From Candidatus Nomurabacteria bacterium (GTDB taxonomy: Bacteria > Patescibacteriota > Minisyncoccia > Phycocordibacterales > UBA9973): a DNA stretch of 64,000 bases. Location of the stretch: the NCBI GenBank assembly GCA_029288725.1, contig JARIGS010000015.1, forward strand, positions 3,518 to 67,517, given 5' to 3'. The translations under genes were made by a program, and so were the position numbers. This document shows positions 17,249-28,532 of the stretch, piece by piece. The notes below the pieces were generated by a model. It made no database searches, was not told the DNA's origin, and saw only the letters and a program-made list of their open reading frames with translations. The stretch's first letter is position 1, and each line of letters begins with the position of its first letter.

Positions 17249-19909
17249 TTAAAGTATTTTTTTGAGATAGGTACCAGTATGCGAATGCTTGTTATTAGCA
17301 ACGTCCTCTGGCGTACCCTTGGCAACGATCTTGCCGCCATGAACACCGCCCTCGGGACCGAAGTCAATCAGCCAGTCGGCACATTTGATCAGGTCAAGGT
17401 TGTGTTCAATCACGACAACAGTATTGCCTTTTGCCACCAATCTATTTAACACACCGATCAGGTTTTTCACATCGTCATAGTGCAAACCGACTGTTGGTTC
17501 ATCGAGCAGATAGATGGTCTTTTCCAGATACGGACGATAGAGTTCAGAGGCAATCTTCACGCGCTGGGCCTCACCACCGGAAAGCGTCGTTGCCGATTGT
17601 CCCAATTTCACATAGCCCAATCCTACGTCTGACAGTGTTTTCAGACGATCATACAATGCCGGAATATCACCAAAGAATTCCAATGCTTCCTCCACGGTGA
17701 GCTGAAGGACATCGTAGATGCTTTTCTTCTTGTATTTCACCACCAATGTTTCCTTATCAAAACGCTTACCGCCACAAACATCACAGGTCACATACACAGT
17801 TGGCAGGAAGTGCATTTCTACGGCAATTTCACCATTTCCTTCACAGGCTTCACAGCGTCCACCCTTTACGTTAAATGAGAAACGGTTCACTTTCCAGCCG
17901 CGCAAACGCGCCTCGTCGGTTGCCGCGAACAAATCACGAATGTGAGTGAATGCTCCAGTGTAGGTTGCGATATTTGAACGAGGAGTGCGGCCGATTGGTG
18001 ACTGGTCAATCATGATTGCACGGGCCAAATATTCTGCACCGCTAAATGAAGCACAGTTAAAGGTCTTGGTACTGCGTAGCTTGCGTTCCAGTCGGGCCTG
18101 CAAGTTACTATAGAGGACATCGTACAGGAAGCTACTTTTTCCTGAACCTGACACACCGGTAATGCAAACCATGCGACCGAGCGGTACCTCAATATTTTGG
18201 TTGTGGAGATTGTGTAAGTTAGCACCAACTACCTTGATACTGCCCTTATCATCGCCACGACGCTTTTCAGGGATTTCAATGACCTCTTCCTTGCGCAAAT
18301 ATGCAAGCGTACGAGAGCCAGAATCATTTTTCTTGGCTTTCAACAAATCATTGAGATAGCCTGACACTACGACATTGCCGCCATGCACGCCGGCCTTAGG
18401 ACCAATATCAACGATATAGTCTGATGCATAAATAGTGTCCTCATCGTGCTCAACGACCAGAATGGTGTTGCCGATATCGCGAAGGTCTTCAAGCGTGCGA
18501 ATAAGGCGTTCATTGTCACGCTGATGCAGACCAATCGTTGGCTCATCAAGCACGTAGAGCGCGCCAACCAAACGAGAACCGAGCTGTGAGGCGAGACGAA
18601 TACGCTGGGCTTCCCCACCAGACAAAGTATTGGCAGTACGGTTAAGGGCCAAGTATTCCAATCCAACGTTTAGCAAGAAGTTTAAACGATCTTCGATTTC
18701 CTTCGTTACGGCTTTGGCAACCTCCTTGTCTTTGGCAGAAAGCTTCAGGGTCACAAAGAAATCAAACGCTTCCTCAACAGACATGCTAGTGAGGTCAACA
18801 ACATTGATACCTTTGACCGTGCCATCCTTATTAGTCTGGGTCGCACCGAGGAACACGTTCAACGCCTCAGGGCGCAAGCGCTTGCCGTGACAGGCATCGC
18901 AGGGTTCAGTGCCACCATAAAATTTCGTACCAATACCGTTACAGGTTGGACATGCCCCATACGGGCTGTTGAATGAGAAGAGGCGTGGTTCGATTTCAGG
19001 AAATGAGAAACCATCGTTAGGACAAGCAAACTTACTTGAGAGCAGAAACTCCTGAATCAAATCAGTATCCATTGAAAAATCTGGAGAAGTACCGAAAGTT
19101 ACTTGGACCAAACCATCGGCTTCAAGCAATGCCCGCTCAACTGCTTCTGACAAACGCAGTTCGGCATCACGAGGAGTGTCCTTGAATTCGTGAATTGCCA
19201 ATTCATCCACCAGCACTTCGATATTGTGTGCGGTGTTTTTATTCATTTCGATTTTCTCACGGAGGTTTTTGACCTGACCATCAACACGAACGGTTGAAAA
19301 GCCGCGACCCAGCAAGTCGTAGAGTAATTGATAATATTCTCCTTTTCGGCCGCGAACGACTGGGGCAAAAATTTGAATACGAGTATCGTCCCAACTCACG
19401 CCCATCACTTCCTTCTGCTGTTTATTCTTGGCTTTCGAAAGTTCCTTGATTTTGTTCAGGACGAAACCGTTGATTTCCTCCATTGAAAGCTTTTGAATGA
19501 GCGTACCGCAGACCGGACAGTAAGCCTTACCGACACGGGCATAGAGCACGCGAAGATAGTCGTAGATTTCAGTGATCGTTGCCACTGTTGAACGAGGGTT
19601 GTTGGAACGCGACTTTTGATCAATAGAAATCGCTGGCGATAGACCGGTGATCTCATCGACATCAGGCTTGGGCATCTGATTCAAAAATTGACGAGCATAG
19701 GAAGACAGTGACTCAACGTAGCGGCGTTGGCCTTCGGCAAAGATCGTATCAAAAGCCAGGGAACTCTTCCCTGACCCCGACATGCCCGTGATTGCCACCA
19801 TGGCATTGCGCGGCATTTCTACTGAAATATTCTTGAGGTTGTGGGTGCGCGCACCCTTCACCACAATACTCTCCGCTGCCTGTTCAGCTTTTCTCTTTCC
19901 TTTTTCCAC
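17249..19909 (-). CDS. uvrA: Excinuclease ABC subunit A
   Basis: Two Walker A motifs (GSGKSS), two LSGGEAQR, zinc fingers. Confidence 0.98.
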   Translation of the reverse strand: MEKGKRKAEQAAESIVVKGARTHNLKNISVEMPRNAMVAITGMSGSGKSSLAFDTIFAEGQRRYVESLSSYARQFLNQMPKPDVDEITGLSPAISIDQKSRSNNPRSTVATITEIYDYLRVLYARVGKAYCPVCGTLIQKLSMEEINGFVLNKIKELSKAKNKQQKEVMGVSWDDTRIQIFAPVVRGRKGEYYQLLYDLLGRGFSTVRVDGQVKNLREKIEMNKNTAHNIEVLVDELAIHEFKDTPRDAELRLSEAVERALLEADGLVQVTFGTSPDFSMDTDLIQEFLLSSKFACPNDGFSFPEIEPRLFSFNSPYGACPTCNGIGTKFYGGTEPCDACHGKRLRPEALNVFLGATQTNKDGTVKGINVVDLTSMSVEEAFDFFVTLKLSAKDKEVAKAVTKEIEDRLNFLLNVGLEYLALNRTANTLSGGEAQRIRLASQLGSRLVGALYVLDEPTIGLHQRDNERLIRTLEDLRDIGNTILVVEHDEDTIYASDYIVDIGPKAGVHGGNVVVSGYLNDLLKAKKNDSGSRTLAYLRKEEVIEIPEKRRGDDKGSIKVVGANLHNLHNQNIEVPLGRMVCITGVSGSGKSSFLYDVLYSNLQARLERKLRSTKTFNCASFSGAEYLARAIMIDQSPIGRTPRSNIATYTGAFTHIRDLFAATDEARLRGWKVNRFSFNVKGGRCEACEGNGEIAVEMHFLPTVYVTCDVCGGKRFDKETLVVKYKKKSIYDVLQLTVEEALEFFGDIPALYDRLKTLSDVGLGYVKLGQSATTLSGGEAQRVKIASELYRPYLEKTIYLLDEPTVGLHYDDVKNLIGVLNRLVAKGNTVVVIEHNLDLIKCADWLIDFGPEGGVHGGKIVAKGTPEDVANNKHSHTGTYLKKIL

Positions 19910-19997
19910 GAGAACAATTATACCACAAAAGTCAATATAGAGCGAGTATAATTGACAATCCCTACTGATGGAGTAGTCTAGAAAAAACCCTACGCAT

Positions 19998-20333
19998 ATG
20001 TACCATATAACTCATTTTGTTGTGCCGGTTCAGCAATCTATAGAACCGATAGTAAAAGCAATGTTCTTTACCCGCCAGGAAGATCCTGAAATATTTTTCT
20101 TCAAAATAGGCCCTGATTTTAAGGTTAAAGAAATAATTGAAAACTGGGCTGAGAAGAAAGAAATTATTGCTTTTGAAGAAGAGATTCCATTACTCTATCC
20201 TGAATACGATGTTCTATGGATGGATACACAAACTGGCCACCTTTGGCTTGCTGATCAGTATGATGCTGAAAAAAATAAGCGCCTTATTGGCAAGTATGAT
20301 TTTATCAAGCGGGAATGCCGACAGGCAGCATGA
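19998..20333 (+). CDS. Hypothetical protein (AT-rich orphan between uvrA and uvrB)
   Basis: 111-aa ORF with TTGACA..TAGTCT upstream and a terminator downstream. Confidence 0.6.
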   Translation: MYHITHFVVPVQQSIEPIVKAMFFTRQEDPEIFFFKIGPDFKVKEIIENWAEKKEIIAFEEEIPLLYPEYDVLWMDTQTGHLWLADQYDAEKNKRLIGKYDFIKRECRQAA

Positions 20334-20338
20334 GCTGC

Positions 20339-20368
20339 AAAAACGCCTCGATATATCGAGGCGTTTTT
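20339..20368. terminator. Bidirectional intrinsic terminator
   Basis: aaaaacgcctcgatatatcgaggcgttttt. Confidence 0.8.
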
Positions 20369-20369
20369 A

Positions 20370-22427
20370 TTATGGATTAATATACGTCTTCTCTCTCAAG
20401 ACCTTAATCTCATCACGGAGAATGGCGGCGGTTTCGAAGTCCAGTAATTTCACCGACTCTTTCATTTCAGCTTCTTTGAGTGCAATCAGTTTTTCGATAG
20501 GGTTTTTCTTGCCACGCTTCCCTTTTCCATCCTTTTCTAATTGAGCAAAGAGCGCAATATCAAGTGCCAGTTCAGCATTGACGGCCTTGCTGTGTTCGCT
20601 TTCCATACCCTGAGTAATATCAAGAATTTTCTTCTGAATGGTAGTTGGGGTGATGCCATGCTCCTTGTTGTATGCAAGCTGGATGTCACGACGACGATTG
20701 GTTTCCTTAATGGCGCGATCCATTGAGCCGGTCATGGTGTCGGCATAGAGAATAACCCGACCATTGGCATTACGAGCGGCACGACCAATAGTTTGAATCA
20801 ATGACACTTCACTGCGGAGGAAGCCTTCCTTGTCAGCATCCAAAATACCGATCAGTGTCACTTCCGGCATATCCAACCCTTCACGAAGCAGGTTCACCCC
20901 GATCAGCATGTCGAACTCACCCTTGCGGAATTGAGTAATAATCTGAATACGTTCGATCGTCTTCACATCACTGTGAATATACGCCGCCTTGATTTTCTTT
21001 TCCTTCAGATAGTCAGTGAGGTCTTCCGCCATGCGCTTGGTCAGTGTTGTTGCCAGCACGCGACCACCCTTTTTAATTTCTGCTTCTGACTCGGTAATAA
21101 AGTCCTGAACCTGGCCAAGATAGCCACCGTTTTCAAGAATAGGACGAACTTCTACCAAAGGATCAACCAATCCAGTCGGACGAATGATTTGTTCCACTAC
21201 CTTGGTCGAATGCTCGGTTTCGTATTTACCCGGTGTTGCAGAGACAAAGATAGTGTCACCAATGCGCTCCTTAAATTCCTCAAACTTCAACGGACGGTTA
21301 TCCTTGGCGCTCGGCAAGCGAAATCCGAATTCCACCAGGGTGGATTTGCGTGAGGCATCACCGGCATACATACCCTGCAATTGCGGCAATGACACATGGG
21401 ACTCATCGATGAACAGCATGAAGTCCGGACTGCCATCAGCCTTGTGAGGAAAATATGATAGTAGTGTTTCTGGTGGTTCTCCTGCCATCTTGCCTGACAT
21501 GTGACGAGAATAGTTCTCAATACCGGAACAGTAGCCAACCTCGCGGATCATCGCCAAGTCATAGTTCGTGCGGCGCTTGATGCGTTCCGCTTCCAGCAAT
21601 TTTCCTTCCAATTCAAAATGCTTGAGCTGCTCATCGAGCTCGTGCTTGATCGCATTGATGGCACGGTCCTTTTCGTCCTCATTAGTAATGAAGTGCTTGG
21701 CCGGGAAGATAAAGATGCTGTCCTCCTCCTTGAGAATGCGTGCTGATACCGGATCAATCTTCAAAATACTTTTGACTGTCGTACCGGAAAATTCAATCAT
21801 GTACTGAATGGTGTCTGACACCGGCATAATCTCCACCTTATTGCCTAATGCGCGGAATTGTCCTGATGACAGGTCAGCGGTGGTACGGGAGAAATGAATG
21901 CTGATTAATCGCTCCATCGCTTCAGTACGCGACAAGGTCATGCCCTTCTCGATTTTAAAATTTTTCTTTTCGTATTCAACAGGAGAACCGAGACCGTAAA
22001 TACAGGAGACCGATGCAACGATGATGACGTCCTTGCGCGTAAGCAAAGACTGGGTGGAAGCGTGACGAAGACGATCAATTTCCTTGTTGATCTGGGCGTC
22101 CTTTTCAATATACGTATCCGTTACCGGCATGTAGGCCTCCGGCTGGTAGTAGTCGTAGTACGAAACGAAATAGTGCACGGCATTGTTCGGGAAGAATTCG
22201 GCAAACTCGGATGCCAACTGTGCTGCCAGGGTCTTGTTATGGGCAATGACCAGCGTTGGCTTTTGGATTTCCTGAATGATATTGGCCATCGTAAAGGTCT
22301 TTCCTGTTCCGGTTGCTCCAAGCAGGGTCTGCATTTTTTCACCCTTTTTCAGCCCTTCCAATAAGCCATTAATGGCCTTGGGCTGGTCCCCTGCGGGCTT
22401 ATAGTGATCTGATAGTTCAAACTTCAT
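20370..22427 (-). CDS. uvrB: Excinuclease ABC subunit B
   Basis: [39 protein letters not shown]. Confidence 0.98.
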   Translation of the reverse strand: MKFELSDHYKPAGDQPKAINGLLEGLKKGEKMQTLLGATGTGKTFTMANIIQEIQKPTLVIAHNKTLAAQLASEFAEFFPNNAVHYFVSYYDYYQPEAYMPVTDTYIEKDAQINKEIDRLRHASTQSLLTRKDVIIVASVSCIYGLGSPVEYEKKNFKIEKGMTLSRTEAMERLISIHFSRTTADLSSGQFRALGNKVEIMPVSDTIQYMIEFSGTTVKSILKIDPVSARILKEEDSIFIFPAKHFITNEDEKDRAINAIKHELDEQLKHFELEGKLLEAERIKRRTNYDLAMIREVGYCSGIENYSRHMSGKMAGEPPETLLSYFPHKADGSPDFMLFIDESHVSLPQLQGMYAGDASRKSTLVEFGFRLPSAKDNRPLKFEEFKERIGDTIFVSATPGKYETEHSTKVVEQIIRPTGLVDPLVEVRPILENGGYLGQVQDFITESEAEIKKGGRVLATTLTKRMAEDLTDYLKEKKIKAAYIHSDVKTIERIQIITQFRKGEFDMLIGVNLLREGLDMPEVTLIGILDADKEGFLRSEVSLIQTIGRAARNANGRVILYADTMTGSMDRAIKETNRRRDIQLAYNKEHGITPTTIQKKILDITQGMESEHSKAVNAELALDIALFAQLEKDGKGKRGKKNPIEKLIALKEAEMKESVKLLDFETAAILRDEIKVLREKTYINP

Positions 22428-22466
22428 ATATCTATTATATAGAAGGGGTCAAGCCCCCACAAATGA

Positions 22467-23675
22467 TTATTTTTTAGTATACCTTTCCAAAAAGTCTTTT
22501 TTATAGGTATGAAAAGTATCGCTGAGCAAGCTTTCGCGGATATTTTCGACAAGGCGGAGGATGAAATGAAGGTTATGAATTGATGCGAGGGTTGCAGCGG
22601 TCATTTCATCACCGCGGAAGAGATGCGCGAGATAGGCTTTGGTATGGTGCTGGCACGTATAACAGGTGCAGCCGACTTCAATCGGCGTGAAGTCGGTAAC
22701 AAACTTTGCATTGCGAAGATTGATGCGACCATCTGCAGTGTGAAGACTGCCATGACGAGCCATGCGTGTTGGTGCGATGCAATCAAAGAGATCGCAGCCC
22801 GCTTCTACTGCAGCAAACAAATCAGCCGGCTCACCGATGCCGAGCAAATGACGAGGCTTGTCTTCCGGCAAAATGGCATTGACCCAGCCAACAGCGGTGC
22901 CGATGTCATCCTTGGTAAATGAACCTCCAATACCATAGCCATCAAATCCTTCAGGGAAATCCGCTGTCGCCGCCAATGCCCCCATTGATCGTGCCGCTTC
23001 CTCGCGCAATTCCTGAAATCGTCCGCCTTGGATCACCCCAAAGAGTGACTGCTGCTTATCAACATCGAGTTCGGCATGACGAGTGAGGCAACGCTGTGCC
23101 CAGGCATACGTTCGTGCCAGGGATTTCTTTTGATACTCGTAGGGTGCAGTGGGACTGGTGCATTCATCAAATGCAAAGATCATATCGGCACCAAGTTTCC
23201 ATTGTGCCTCCATCGATGACTCTGGTGTAAACAGATGCTTGCTTCCATCCAAATGGGATTTGAACATCACCCCTTCGTCGGTGACCTTGGCCAGCTGTCC
23301 AGCATGAGCGGAAATATTTTCTACCGCATCTCCGGTTGCCACCTTACTGACAGCGTTACCAAATGCCGCACCAAGTGAAAACGCTTGAAAGCCTCCCGAA
23401 TCAGTCATTGTTGGACCGTGCCAATCCATAAACGGACCGAAGCCACCAGCCTGCTCGACAACGTCTGCCCCTGGTTGCAAATACAGGTGATAAGTATTGG
23501 CCAACACCACCTGCGCACCAAGACTTCTGATCTGTTCTGCCGTCAGTGATTTCACCGTCGCCTTAGTCCCGACCGTCACAAATGCCGGTGTCTGGATGAC
23601 CCCATTCTTTGTTTCAATCGTTCCCGCCCGCGCCAGCGTTCCCTCCAATTTCTTTTGTATAGTAAATTTCAGCAT
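22467..23675 (-). CDS. tgt: tRNA-guanine transglycosylase
   Basis: LANTYHL, TDSGGFQ, FDEC, FDCIAPTR, CTCYTC..HNL; start moved to ATG 23675. Confidence 0.95.
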   Translation of the reverse strand: MLKFTIQKKLEGTLARAGTIETKNGVIQTPAFVTVGTKATVKSLTAEQIRSLGAQVVLANTYHLYLQPGADVVEQAGGFGPFMDWHGPTMTDSGGFQAFSLGAAFGNAVSKVATGDAVENISAHAGQLAKVTDEGVMFKSHLDGSKHLFTPESSMEAQWKLGADMIFAFDECTSPTAPYEYQKKSLARTYAWAQRCLTRHAELDVDKQQSLFGVIQGGRFQELREEAARSMGALAATADFPEGFDGYGIGGSFTKDDIGTAVGWVNAILPEDKPRHLLGIGEPADLFAAVEAGCDLFDCIAPTRMARHGSLHTADGRINLRNAKFVTDFTPIEVGCTCYTCQHHTKAYLAHLFRGDEMTAATLASIHNLHFILRLVENIRESLLSDTFHTYKKDFLERYTKK

Positions 23676-23790
23676 ATAAACATGTTTGTTATAACATACT
23701 GCTTCCCGTTCACATAATACGAAAGAAGCGGGGCGTTTTTTATTTTCTGCATTTTGGGGCGGGGCCAATCTTTAATGATATACTGCATTT

Positions 23791-24303
23791 ATGACTAAAG
23801 AAGACATCGTGAAGCTGTATCCTGATATTGATGTAAATGAAAGTGGCGGACCGGACACTTTTCGTCCGGAAGTAGAAATCGTTGAGCGTGATCCGATCGC
23901 AGTTATTATCAAGCATCCGACTGAGGAATCATATTTGATTGCACAGTGGAGCAATGGTTGGTGCGGATTACTGACCGGAGGGATTGAGCCAGGAGATACG
24001 GTGGAAGATACCGTGCGCAAGGAAGTCCTCGAAGAAGCAGGGTTTAAACATGTTGGCACAATACAGCCACTTGATTGCGTTTCGCATGGGCTGTTTTACC
24101 ACACGGTAAAAGGAGTAAATAGACTGGCGCATTACCATCTCGTCTTTGCACAACTAACAGACCTAGAACAAGCGATCATTTCCGAAGAAGAATTGGCAAT
24201 AGCGACATTTATATGGGTAAGCAAAGATACAGTGGAAGAAATCCTGCCTCGCGAAGATATGAAAAAACTGTGGAGGTTTTATCTGCAGACAAGTTTGTCT
24301 TAA
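23791..24303 (+). CDS. NUDIX hydrolase
   Basis: Nudix box GGIEPGDTVEDTVRKEVLEEAG. Confidence 0.9.
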   Translation: MTKEDIVKLYPDIDVNESGGPDTFRPEVEIVERDPIAVIIKHPTEESYLIAQWSNGWCGLLTGGIEPGDTVEDTVRKEVLEEAGFKHVGTIQPLDCVSHGLFYHTVKGVNRLAHYHLVFAQLTDLEQAIISEEELAIATFIWVSKDTVEEILPREDMKKLWRFYLQTSLS

Positions 24304-24335
24304 ATTAAAAAAGCCCCCAGTTAGGGGGCTTTGCA

Positions 24336-25034
24336 TTATGCATACTGTTTATTTTTTGATGCTGATATCTGAATTAAAATAAGGTTAATATGCTCATCAA
24401 TACTCTTTTGAAGTGTATTTCTCTTCTTTTTATCGAGGGTTTCAAACTTAAATGAGTATTTATTATCAAACCCTCTTTCACCAAGTGTTTGTATGCTTTC
24501 CTTAAACAACCCGGAAAAGAACCAAAAGTCAATCGATGCAATACTTACCGGTATAACAAACTCATAAAGCCTGCGGTCCTCATCGATTCTGTTAAGTGCA
24601 AGCATTGATCTGATAGATCTCCCCTTTTCCTTTCCAACGAAAGAGGTTTGGCATCCTGACTGAAATTTATCGAGATTGATGACAACATCAGCCTTCAGTC
24701 TGTCAGGGTAAATGTTCATTTCCTTGTCTTGGGTATTACGAGTAACTCCGTTGTGAGTAATAGTTAAGATCGTACAACGCAACGTGGTTTGGGTCACACC
24801 AAAACAATACGGACCCCATCCTGACAAAGGTTGTTCAACCCTAAAGGTAACCCTGTCTCCATCATCAATATCGCTATAGTCCGCTATATGATATTTATTA
24901 ATAACCTGGTAGGTAGATACGCTACCTTGTTGCCGGCCGGAGCAGTCAGTTCCTAGACAATGGTATACCTTAACTTGGATACCCATAAGTTTATCAAGGT
25001 AAATGCTTCCTTCTAAAATTTCTTCTTTTTTCAT
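24336..25034 (-). CDS. Hypothetical protein with C-terminal STAS-like (DUF4325-like) domain
   Basis: SFVGKEKGRSIR..VIP.SIASID..FFSGLF..SIQ.LG pattern; AT-rich; ATG 25034. Confidence 0.55.
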   Translation of the reverse strand: MKKEEILEGSIYLDKLMGIQVKVYHCLGTDCSGRQQGSVSTYQVINKYHIADYSDIDDGDRVTFRVEQPLSGWGPYCFGVTQTTLRCTILTITHNGVTRNTQDKEMNIYPDRLKADVVINLDKFQSGCQTSFVGKEKGRSIRSMLALNRIDEDRRLYEFVIPVSIASIDFWFFSGLFKESIQTLGERGFDNKYSFKFETLDKKKRNTLQKSIDEHINLILIQISASKNKQYA

Positions 25035-25215
25035 TGCTACAGTTTTTTGACATATTGCCTTAATGGGTGAAAAAGTCAATATTTTAGAAACAAAAAAAGC
25101 CGCCCCGTTACTGTGCGGCTTTGTAAAAAATACCCTCAAACTACTGAAGGAACTTCGCTAAATTTAAATTCTTTGAATCGTTGAACACTTAGTGTTCAAC
25201 GTGTATCAGCCGATC

Positions 25216-25980
25216 CTATCGCACGATCACCCACTTCAATGCCTGAAGATTAACCGGTACTTTGGCAAGGAGACGCTGAAAAGGATCGCGAGGGTCGGTG
25301 ATAATTTTTTCAACGGTAGCAAGAGTGGCGACATTGACAGACTGAAGCGCGACGGTTGCACCGACGCTAAATGGTACATCGCGAGGCAACTGAACTTCGT
25401 ATTCGCCGGCGCCGCGACCGATCAGGGTCACTGCCACATCACTGCCCACTGCCGTACCGGAAGTCTGACGACCAGAAGCACTATAAAGCTGAACGGTAGC
25501 GGTATGAGTATCGACGTTGGAAATCGTACCAAGTGCGACACTGCCGAAACCATAGACCACCATATTTTCCTTGATGCCCTCGGCACTGCCGGCATCGATG
25601 AGCATCGTGTCATAGAAACTGCGATTTGGAAGAGTGAGAACATGGGCAAGCGTACCGGTAGGTGCAGGACTGCGGCCGAGCTCAGCCTTCAATGCCATGT
25701 TTTCATCCTGCAATTGCTTGAGGGTTGTAAGCTCGGCATCGTAACTTGTCAGTGTGGTCTGCATGGCCGTAACCTTGCGGATCAATGCGCGCTTTGAAAG
25801 CAACTCATTGCTGACCGTACCGCCATAGACGGGCGGAACTTGCGATACCATTTTTTTCGCAATATAGGTCGCAAGGACGATACAAAGAAGTACGCTCGCA
25901 ACAACAATACTGACGCGTGCCCAGACCGGCAGTGCGCGCCATGGTTCCTTTTTTTTCAATGTCGACTTATAACGAGGCAT
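25216..25980 (-). CDS. mreC: Rod shape-determining protein MreC
   Basis: TM, coiled coil ENMALKAEL, LIDAGSAEGIKENMVV; downstream of mreB. Confidence 0.85.
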   Translation of the reverse strand: MPRYKSTLKKKEPWRALPVWARVSIVVASVLLCIVLATYIAKKMVSQVPPVYGGTVSNELLSKRALIRKVTAMQTTLTSYDAELTTLKQLQDENMALKAELGRSPAPTGTLAHVLTLPNRSFYDTMLIDAGSAEGIKENMVVYGFGSVALGTISNVDTHTATVQLYSASGRQTSGTAVGSDVAVTLIGRGAGEYEVQLPRDVPFSVGATVALQSVNVATLATVEKIITDPRDPFQRLLAKVPVNLQALKWVIVR

Positions 25981-27010
25981 GATCTTCTAGTGAGACAAGG
26001 GTCTGCTTATACTCATCAAACTGTTCCAAAATGATGCCGGTACCGCGAGCGACCGCTGACAATGGATCCTCGGCAATCAATATTGGTAATTGTAACTCCT
26101 GCTGCAGGAGCAATGCTAGTCCTCGAAGGTTGGCACCGCCACCCGTGAGCACAATGCCGGTCTGAAGAATATCGGACACCATTTCCGGCGGTGCGGTTTC
26201 AAGCACTTCCTGAATACCAGCGACGAGCAACGCTACCGTGCGGGCAAATGCTTCACGGACATCGCCATCAGTGACAATCAATGCCTTTGGCAAACCGCTG
26301 ACGAGATCGCGACCGCGGACCTCGGTTTCCATGTATTCCGTTTCAAGAGCGGAACCAAGTTCCAATTTCACGCTTTCGGCCGTGCGTTCCCCTACCAACA
26401 ACTTAAATTCATCACGAAGGTAGTCAATAATACGAGCATCAAAATGATCGCCAGCTACCCGCAGATTGAGTGAGCGAACAATACCGCCCAATGCAATAAG
26501 CGCGATGTCGGTAGTCCCCCCGCCAATATCCACGATGAATGACGCTTGTGCAGAAAGCACTGGCAACCGCACGCCAATTGCCGCGGCCATTGCTTCCTCA
26601 ACAAGAAATACGTCGCGCGCACCAGCATCAATACCGGCATCATAGACGGCGCGCAATTCAACATTGGTAATGCCAGAAGGAACGCCGATCAATACACGCG
26701 GTCGAAAAAATTTCTTTGAAATTTTTTCGACCTTGCGAATGAAGTACGCCAGCATTTCCTCCGCCATTTCAAAGTCAGACACGACGCCCTCAACAAGCGG
26801 TCGCACGATCTTGATGTGTTCCGGCGTCTTGCCCCACATCTCCTTGGCTTCACGACCAATTGCCACGATCTGTCCGGTCTTCTGGTTTACTGCAACGATC
26901 GACGGCTCATTGATGACAATGCCGTGACCTTTGACATACACGAGTGTATTGGCAGTACCCAAATCGATACCGATGTCATTTGAAAATCGTTCGTAGAATT
27001 TTTTAAACAT
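25967..27010 (-). CDS. mreB: Actin-like rod shape-determining protein MreB
   Basis: DIGIDLGTANT, VDIGGGTTD, LTGGGA; ATG 27010. Confidence 0.96.
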   Translation of the reverse strand: MFKKFYERFSNDIGIDLGTANTLVYVKGHGIVINEPSIVAVNQKTGQIVAIGREAKEMWGKTPEHIKIVRPLVEGVVSDFEMAEEMLAYFIRKVEKISKKFFRPRVLIGVPSGITNVELRAVYDAGIDAGARDVFLVEEAMAAAIGVRLPVLSAQASFIVDIGGGTTDIALIALGGIVRSLNLRVAGDHFDARIIDYLRDEFKLLVGERTAESVKLELGSALETEYMETEVRGRDLVSGLPKALIVTDGDVREAFARTVALLVAGIQEVLETAPPEMVSDILQTGIVLTGGGANLRGLALLLQQELQLPILIAEDPLSAVARGTGIILEQFDEYKQTLVSLEDHASL

Positions 27011-27011
27011 G

Positions 27012-28460
27012 TTAATACGCTTTCGCAAAAAGTACTCGACCATCTGAAGGGTTTCCTGTCTTTATGCACTGACCCTCTTCCCTTTTTTGATTGAATGGAA
27101 TACAGCGAATAGTTGCCCCGATTTCCTCCTTAATTTTTTTCTCAGTTTCAGTCGTACCGTCCCAGTGTGCCATGACAAATTTTCCATCCTCAATCGCCGC
27201 AACAAATTCTTCCCAGGCATTAGCTTCAACGGTGTTAGCCACTAATCGCTGTTCTGCAGCCTCGTATAAATGTGACTGAATATTTTCCAATACTGCTTTT
27301 ATCGCTGAGGGGAAATTATCGTCAATAGTGATGATTGTTTTTTCTCCAGTATCTCGGCGGACAGTAACACAATGTCCAGCGGCAATATCTTTCGGTCCGT
27401 ATTCTATGCGAAGTGGAACACCCTTCTTTTCCCATTCAAAAAATTTCTCACCTACACGCACATGCTCACGATCGTCTACACGAATACCGTACCCTGTTTG
27501 GACAGTGATCATATCAGCAAGCTCCTTGGCTTTGGTAACCACTTCTTCTTTGTTATCAGCAGTAAATACTGGCACCAGTACAATTGGAGTAGCCGTCATG
27601 CGTGGTGGCAATACCAACCCCTTATCATCACTATGCGTCATGATCAACCCTCCGATAGAGCGCGTTGAAAGACCCCAGCTGGTTTGCCAACCATATTGCA
27701 TAGTGTTCTGGTCATCGAGGAATTGAATGTTGAACGCCTTGGCAAAGTTATCGCCGAGATTGTGTGAGGTCGCATACTGCAATGCCTTGCCATCCTGCAT
27801 CATCGCCTCACAACAGTAGGTCTTTAGCGCACCCGCAAATCGATCATTGTCAGTCTTCTGACCAGTCACTACCGGTATCGCCATGTATTCTCGTGAGAAC
27901 CATTCATACACTGCAAGCATCTTGCGCGCATACGCATCAGCCTCTTCTTGTGTGACATGCACGGTATGTCCCTCCTGCCACAAAAATTCTGTCGTGCGCA
28001 AAAATGGTTTGGTCTTCATTTCCCATCGCACCACGTTTGCCCATTGATTGATCAAAAGCGGCAAGTCACGATATGAATGTACCCACCCTGAAAAGACTTC
28101 GTACATGATGGTCTCTGAAGTCGGACGAATAACAAGTGGTTCTTCCAATTTTTCACCGCCAGCATGAGTAACGACTGCAACCTCTGGTGCAAACCCTTCA
28201 ACGTGTTGTGCTTCACGCTTCAAAAAACGTTCCGGGATGAGAAGTGGAAAATAGGCATTTTGCACTCCTTCCTGCTTGAACTTTGCATCAAGAATTTTTT
28301 GGACCTGTTCCCAGATAGCGTATCCGTACGGCTTAATGACCATACAGCCCTTTACTGGGGCATATTCTGCCAAATCAGCAGCAGCAATAATATCCAAATA
28401 CCACTGAGAATAATCCTCGGCTCGTGGCGTAATAGCCTTTTCGTGCGTTTGCTCGCTCAT
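27012..28460 (-). CDS. proS: Proline--tRNA ligase, archaeal/eukaryote type
   Basis: RPTSET, NQWANVVRWE, FLRTTEFLWQEGH, C-terminal FAKAY. Confidence 0.97.
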   Translation of the reverse strand: MSEQTHEKAITPRAEDYSQWYLDIIAAADLAEYAPVKGCMVIKPYGYAIWEQVQKILDAKFKQEGVQNAYFPLLIPERFLKREAQHVEGFAPEVAVVTHAGGEKLEEPLVIRPTSETIMYEVFSGWVHSYRDLPLLINQWANVVRWEMKTKPFLRTTEFLWQEGHTVHVTQEEADAYARKMLAVYEWFSREYMAIPVVTGQKTDNDRFAGALKTYCCEAMMQDGKALQYATSHNLGDNFAKAFNIQFLDDQNTMQYGWQTSWGLSTRSIGGLIMTHSDDKGLVLPPRMTATPIVLVPVFTADNKEEVVTKAKELADMITVQTGYGIRVDDREHVRVGEKFFEWEKKGVPLRIEYGPKDIAAGHCVTVRRDTGEKTIITIDDNFPSAIKAVLENIQSHLYEAAEQRLVANTVEANAWEEFVAAIEDGKFVMAHWDGTTETEKKIKEEIGATIRCIPFNQKREEGQCIKTGNPSDGRVLFAKAY

Positions 28461-28532
28461 ATACCCTTGTATAATCGCACAAAAAGACAAATAAAAAAAG
28501 CCTCCTGATTTTATTAGAAGGCTTTAAAAAAA

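Noticed and set aside
23676-23768. preQ1 riboswitch or N-terminal extension upstream of tgt
   Set aside because: No preQ1 consensus; a -10-like box lies just before ATG 23675, so the TTG extension is probably not translated
25179-25201. Perfect hairpin cgttgaacact-t-agtgttcaacg after mreC
   Set aside because: Single copy with no match to the repeat families; may simply be a terminator or stabiliser
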